Of a stretch of DNA of 18,563 nt, positions 15,272 to 18,563 are shown piece after piece (position 1 is the stretch's first letter; every line of letters starts with the position of its first letter). The notes beneath the pieces were generated by a model. The model saw only the letters and a program-made list of their open reading frames with translations. It ran no database searches and was not told the DNA's origin. Origin of the DNA: Candidatus Bathyarchaeum sp. (GTDB taxonomy: Archaea; Thermoproteota; Bathyarchaeia; Bathyarchaeales; Bathyarchaeaceae); NCBI GenBank assembly GCA_026014495.1, contig JAOZIF010000172.1, positions 1 to 18,563 on the forward strand. The letters are read 5' to 3'. The position numbers were made by a program, and so were the translations under genes.

Positions 15272-15292
15272 GACACTCCCTGTGTCTTTTTT
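15272..15292 (+). terminator. Hairpin plus oligo-T terminator
   Basis: GACAC-TCCCT-GTGTC-TTTTTT, 3 nt after the peptide stop. Confidence 0.65.
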
Positions 15293-15410
15293 AAAACTAC
15301 CCCCACCTAACCGGATAAAATGGGGGAGACTTTCTCTATTTTTCAAACCTTAAGCTGTTCAGGAGTAAAGCTCTTACACTGCTAATACTTTAGTGATATC
15401 AGGGAAAAAA

Positions 15411-16418
15411 GTGAATAACTGGAAATCCGTTTTGAAAGCGGATCCAACAAACTGGCTGCTAGAGAAATCCAATCCTTCAGTGCAATATTTCGCCCTCACT
15501 GAACTTTTACAAAAACCTGAAACCGACCCTGATGTAATCACAGCAAAAAATGAAATAATGCACATCGGAACCGTGCCAAAAATATTGTCTAAGCAAAGTG
15601 ACCAAGGCCGCTGGGAAACCCCTGACAGATTCTATACTGCTAAATACAAAGGTACAGTGTGGCAGCTCATAGTATTGGCAGCGCTCGGAGCAAATAAAGA
15701 CAATGAACAAGTCAAAAAAGCATGTGAATTCATTTTGGAGAACTCCCAAGACCACGAGAGCGGCGGCTTTTCAATTTGGCGTAGTGCAAAAACTGGAGGC
15801 GGACGACATAGCGGAGTTATTCCATGCTTAACTGGCAACATGGTTTGGAGCCTAATTAAGCTCGGATTTTTTGAAGACCCCAGAGTTGAACGCGCAATAA
15901 ACTGGATTACCCGGTATCAAAGGTTTGACGATGGCATTGATCATGTTCCTAAAGGTTGGCCTTATGATAAAGCTACAAGCTGCTTTTCCAATCACTCCTG
16001 TCACATGGGTGCTGCTAAGGCGTTGAAAGCGTTAGCGGTAATTCCTGCTCAAAAAAGGTCTGCTGAAGTCAAAAGCACGATTGAAGTGGGGGCAGAATAT
16101 TTTTTGTTGCACCACATTCACAAGAGAAGTCATGATTTGAATCGTGTTTCTAAGCCTGGTTGGCTCAAATTCAGTTTTCCTTTAATGTACCAGACTGATG
16201 CATTAGAACTCTTGGATATCTTGACACTGCTTGGTTACCGAGATGAACGAATGCAAGAAGCCATCGATTTAGTAGTTTCTAAGCAGAACGATTCTGGGCA
16301 ATGGCTTCTAGAAGGAACTTTCAATGGACGTTTTCAAACAAACATCGAACAGAAAGGCAAACCAAGCAAATGGATTACATTGAATGCACTAAAAGTGTTA
16401 AAACGGTTCTACAGCTAA
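15411..16418 (+). CDS. Terpenoid-cyclase/protein-prenyltransferase-fold (alpha/alpha barrel) protein of unknown function
   Basis: QW-type repeats KQSDQGRW, YQRFDDG and KQNDSGQW; N-terminus DPTNWLLEKSNPSVQY; C-terminus KGKPSKWITLNAL. Likely start GTG15411. Confidence 0.75.
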   Translation: MNNWKSVLKADPTNWLLEKSNPSVQYFALTELLQKPETDPDVITAKNEIMHIGTVPKILSKQSDQGRWETPDRFYTAKYKGTVWQLIVLAALGANKDNEQVKKACEFILENSQDHESGGFSIWRSAKTGGGRHSGVIPCLTGNMVWSLIKLGFFEDPRVERAINWITRYQRFDDGIDHVPKGWPYDKATSCFSNHSCHMGAAKALKALAVIPAQKRSAEVKSTIEVGAEYFLLHHIHKRSHDLNRVSKPGWLKFSFPLMYQTDALELLDILTLLGYRDERMQEAIDLVVSKQNDSGQWLLEGTFNGRFQTNIEQKGKPSKWITLNALKVLKRFYS

Positions 16419-16494
16419 CTTGCCCTTGTTATTCCTAAACTTAGACAACTTAAAATAATCTTTTTCATATACCTGAAACTTGAGAGTAACTTGT

Positions 16495-17289
16495 ATGTCC
16501 GTCGATTTTAGTTCCCTGAAAAAAGTTGCAGAAGGCAAAACCAAGATAATCTACGAGAACCCCAAAGACCCAAAAACCGCTTACATGGTCTTCAAGGACG
16601 ATATAACCGCTGGAGACGGCGTAAAACACGATATTATCAAAGGCAAAGCCCTAGTTGACTGGAAAACAAACAGAGACATCTATGAACTGCTAAATCGCAA
16701 AGGCGCTAGAACCCACTACATTTCCAGCCCTAACGAAAAAGTTGTTCTCATCAAAAAGCTTGATCGCAAAATAAACCTTGAAGTTGTGTCCCGAAGAGTT
16801 GCCGCAGGCTCAATACTCAAATGGGGCCAAATAGCTGAGGGAACACGATTTGACCCTATAATTACACAGTTCCATTACAAGGACGACCCCCTGCATGACC
16901 CAATGCTGGACGACAAATATATCGACTATATTATTAAAGCAAAGGAAGGTGGTACAGACTACGCCAAAATGCGTGAGCTTAACGCAGAAATCTTTTTACA
17001 CCTCGAAAAAGCCTTTGCACAATTTGACATACAACTAGTTGACATGAAACTAGAGTACGGTATTATTGACGGGGACGTTTACTTGATAGATGAAATCACA
17101 GGCGGCTCCTTTAGGTTGTGGCCTTATGCACACAAAAGCCCAAATCTTAACCAATCTAACATACTAACACAACTAAACCCTAACGGAAGACTAGACAAAG
17201 ACACCTATCGTATGGGCGAAAACGTCGACAATGTTCTAGCAAAGTTTGAAGAAATAGCTAAAATAACCGCCAAATTCAAAGACCTATAA
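16495..17289 (+). CDS. purC: Phosphoribosylaminoimidazole-succinocarboxamide (SAICAR) synthase
   Basis: Motifs EGKTKIIY, FKDDITAGDG, EVVSRRVAAGS, KDDPLHDP, LVDMKLEYG, DEI...RLW and LDKDTYR. Likely start ATG16495. Confidence 0.92.
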   Translation: MSVDFSSLKKVAEGKTKIIYENPKDPKTAYMVFKDDITAGDGVKHDIIKGKALVDWKTNRDIYELLNRKGARTHYISSPNEKVVLIKKLDRKINLEVVSRRVAAGSILKWGQIAEGTRFDPIITQFHYKDDPLHDPMLDDKYIDYIIKAKEGGTDYAKMRELNAEIFLHLEKAFAQFDIQLVDMKLEYGIIDGDVYLIDEITGGSFRLWPYAHKSPNLNQSNILTQLNPNGRLDKDTYRMGENVDNVLAKFEEIAKITAKFKDL

Positions 17290-17292
17290 CTG

Positions 17293-18561
17293 CTACTCGT
17301 TGTCGTCGTTTTGGTCTAAAGTCTTGTATTCTGGTAATGTGTCGCCTCCGTAGGGCATGACATAAACTTTTGCGTTTTTGCCTGCTATCTCAAAAGCTTC
17401 TCGCATGGCGTCGTTCATGGCGCTTGCTGTTCGCATCTTGAACGTGTTTACTGCGTAGCAATCAGGCATAACAGAAACCAAAATAATTGTGACTTTTTGC
17501 AGTGCCTTGCTTATGTAGTATGCTTTGTGACCTCCAAGCACGAACCGTTTCTTGATTTCTTTTTCTAAACGTTTCAAATCAGTGAACTTTTCCATCCAAT
17601 CAGCAAAAACTTCGTTCCCATGCCCTTCTGGACACTCTGCTGCTAAAACAATGACGCCTCTTCGTTTCACGGCGTCTAAAGCATTATGAATTGCCTTAGA
17701 TGCCTGGTACAGGTTAATGTCATGAGGATGTCCACCCGCGCTAACAACAACAATGCTTGCTCTTTGCTCAATAGGAACCTTGTACATCTCATCCACAAGT
17801 TTTACTCCCTCAAGAAAAGCCTGCTCCAAGTCTCCAGCGAACGCTTTAACCAGCTCATTTTTACTGTTTGTAACAATGTTTAGGATAAAGTCGACTTTCG
17901 CAAGTTTAGCCGCTTCCATCATGTCTTCATGAACAGGATTTTCGTCAAGAACTCCTGTTGCGGCCTTAGGACTCACAAGCAATGCGTGGTTTTGTTGAAT
18001 AGTTTCAGCGCTTGAAACCGCGGGAAGTACGCCCTTTCTTCCTCCTCCATATCCTGCATAGTAATGAAGGTTTATGTCTCCCGCCAAAACTTTCACGTCA
18101 GCTTCGGCGAAGACTTTGTTTACGTTAACTTTAGTTCCGTGGGATGTTTCTCCAAGAAAAACTTGGTCTTCCGCTTCGTAGTCATGGTTTATTGTTTTCA
18201 CTCTTTCTAGAGCCTGTTTTCCTAAAAGTTTCTCTTTTTCTTGTGGGGAAACTGGACGATGAGAGCCACAACCAAAAATAACTGTAATATCTTCATCTTT
18301 TACTCCCGCTTTGTTTAGTTCATCAAGTAACGGAACAATCATAAGCTGACTTGGAGTTGCCCGAGTTGCATCATCCACAACTATGGCTACTGTGTCGCCC
18401 GCCTTTGCAATATCGTTTAATCGTTGTGTTCCAATCGGCTGACTTAGGGCTCTTTCAATCTCAGCTTTTGAATCTGTAACTCCCTCTTTCTCTTTGGGCT
18501 CTATATTCCCCAAAAAGTTTCGGGTGGGTATTCTTGCACAAACTTCAGTTTTCCCGTAAGG
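17293..18561 (-). CDS. larA: LarA-family nickel-pincer (NPN) racemase/epimerase, start codon outside the window
   Basis: The frame is open from the edge (PYGKTEVCARIPTRNFLGNIEP...). Motifs DDATRATP, GCGSHR, INHD, HYYAGYGGGRK, NH, SAGGHPHDINLYQASKA and GGHK. Substrate is not determinable from the sequence. Confidence 0.92.
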   Translation of the reverse strand, partial: PYGKTEVCARIPTRNFLGNIEPKEKEGVTDSKAEIERALSQPIGTQRLNDIAKAGDTVAIVVDDATRATPSQLMIVPLLDELNKAGVKDEDITVIFGCGSHRPVSPQEKEKLLGKQALERVKTINHDYEAEDQVFLGETSHGTKVNVNKVFAEADVKVLAGDINLHYYAGYGGGRKGVLPAVSSAETIQQNHALLVSPKAATGVLDENPVHEDMMEAAKLAKVDFILNIVTNSKNELVKAFAGDLEQAFLEGVKLVDEMYKVPIEQRASIVVVSAGGHPHDINLYQASKAIHNALDAVKRRGVIVLAAECPEGHGNEVFADWMEKFTDLKRLEKEIKKRFVLGGHKAYYISKALQKVTIILVSVMPDCYAVNTFKMRTASAMNDAMREAFEIAGKNAKVYVMPYGGDTLPEYKTLDQNDDNE

Positions 18562-18563
18562 AA

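Noticed and set aside
15300-15328. CCCCCA...TGGGGG hairpin upstream of the cyclase-fold gene as a riboswitch or tRNA fragment
   Set aside because: Only a 6-bp stem with no recognisable aptamer or cloverleaf features.
15393-16418. Nitrogenase iron protein (NifH) label, which I recall being applied to similar proteins
   Set aside because: No P-loop GKGGIGKS or NifH Cys motifs; the QW repeats indicate an alpha/alpha barrel.
195-17883. Other overlapping or antisense ORFs in the track (e.g. 195-467, 938-1123, 1224-1625, 2562-2783, 4542-5102, 7689-10065 set, 10547-10831, 13530-14266 set, 15374-15841 set, 17686-17883)
   Set aside because: They overlap well-supported genes in other frames or strands and have no recognisable motifs.

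Overview
AT-rich archaeal genomic window. Bathyarchaeia is the most likely source; this is an inference from the TBP, the LarA-family N-terminus, the REC-GAF-PAS kinase and the GGAGG/AGGTGA ribosome-binding sites. Recognisable genes: a TBP broken by an internal deletion, a half-size MFS protein, an Amt ammonium transporter, a stand-alone Lrp/AsnC ligand-binding domain, an alpha/beta hydrolase, a REC-GAF-3xPAS histidine kinase, rubrerythrin plus desulforedoxin, a membrane-anchored surface protein, a terpene-cyclase/prenyltransferase-fold protein, PurC and a LarA-family racemase truncated at the window end. Best candidate for a new system (13486-15292): a protein that appears to be a catalytically degenerate Tyr/Trp-tRNA-synthetase fold fused to a C-terminal winged-HTH. 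It is transcribed divergently from an unannotated Cys-rich peptide, and the shared intergenic region carries two matching 19-bp candidate operators. Other notable observations: three TGAA-N6-TTCA palindromes around the amt promoter (NrpR-like geometry), six small ORFs missed by the ORF track (most are metal-binding), and a repeated two-hairpin element flanking the half-MFS gene. No rRNA, tRNA, CRISPR array, transposase or integrase was seen. All homology calls were made by eye from motifs; no searches were run.
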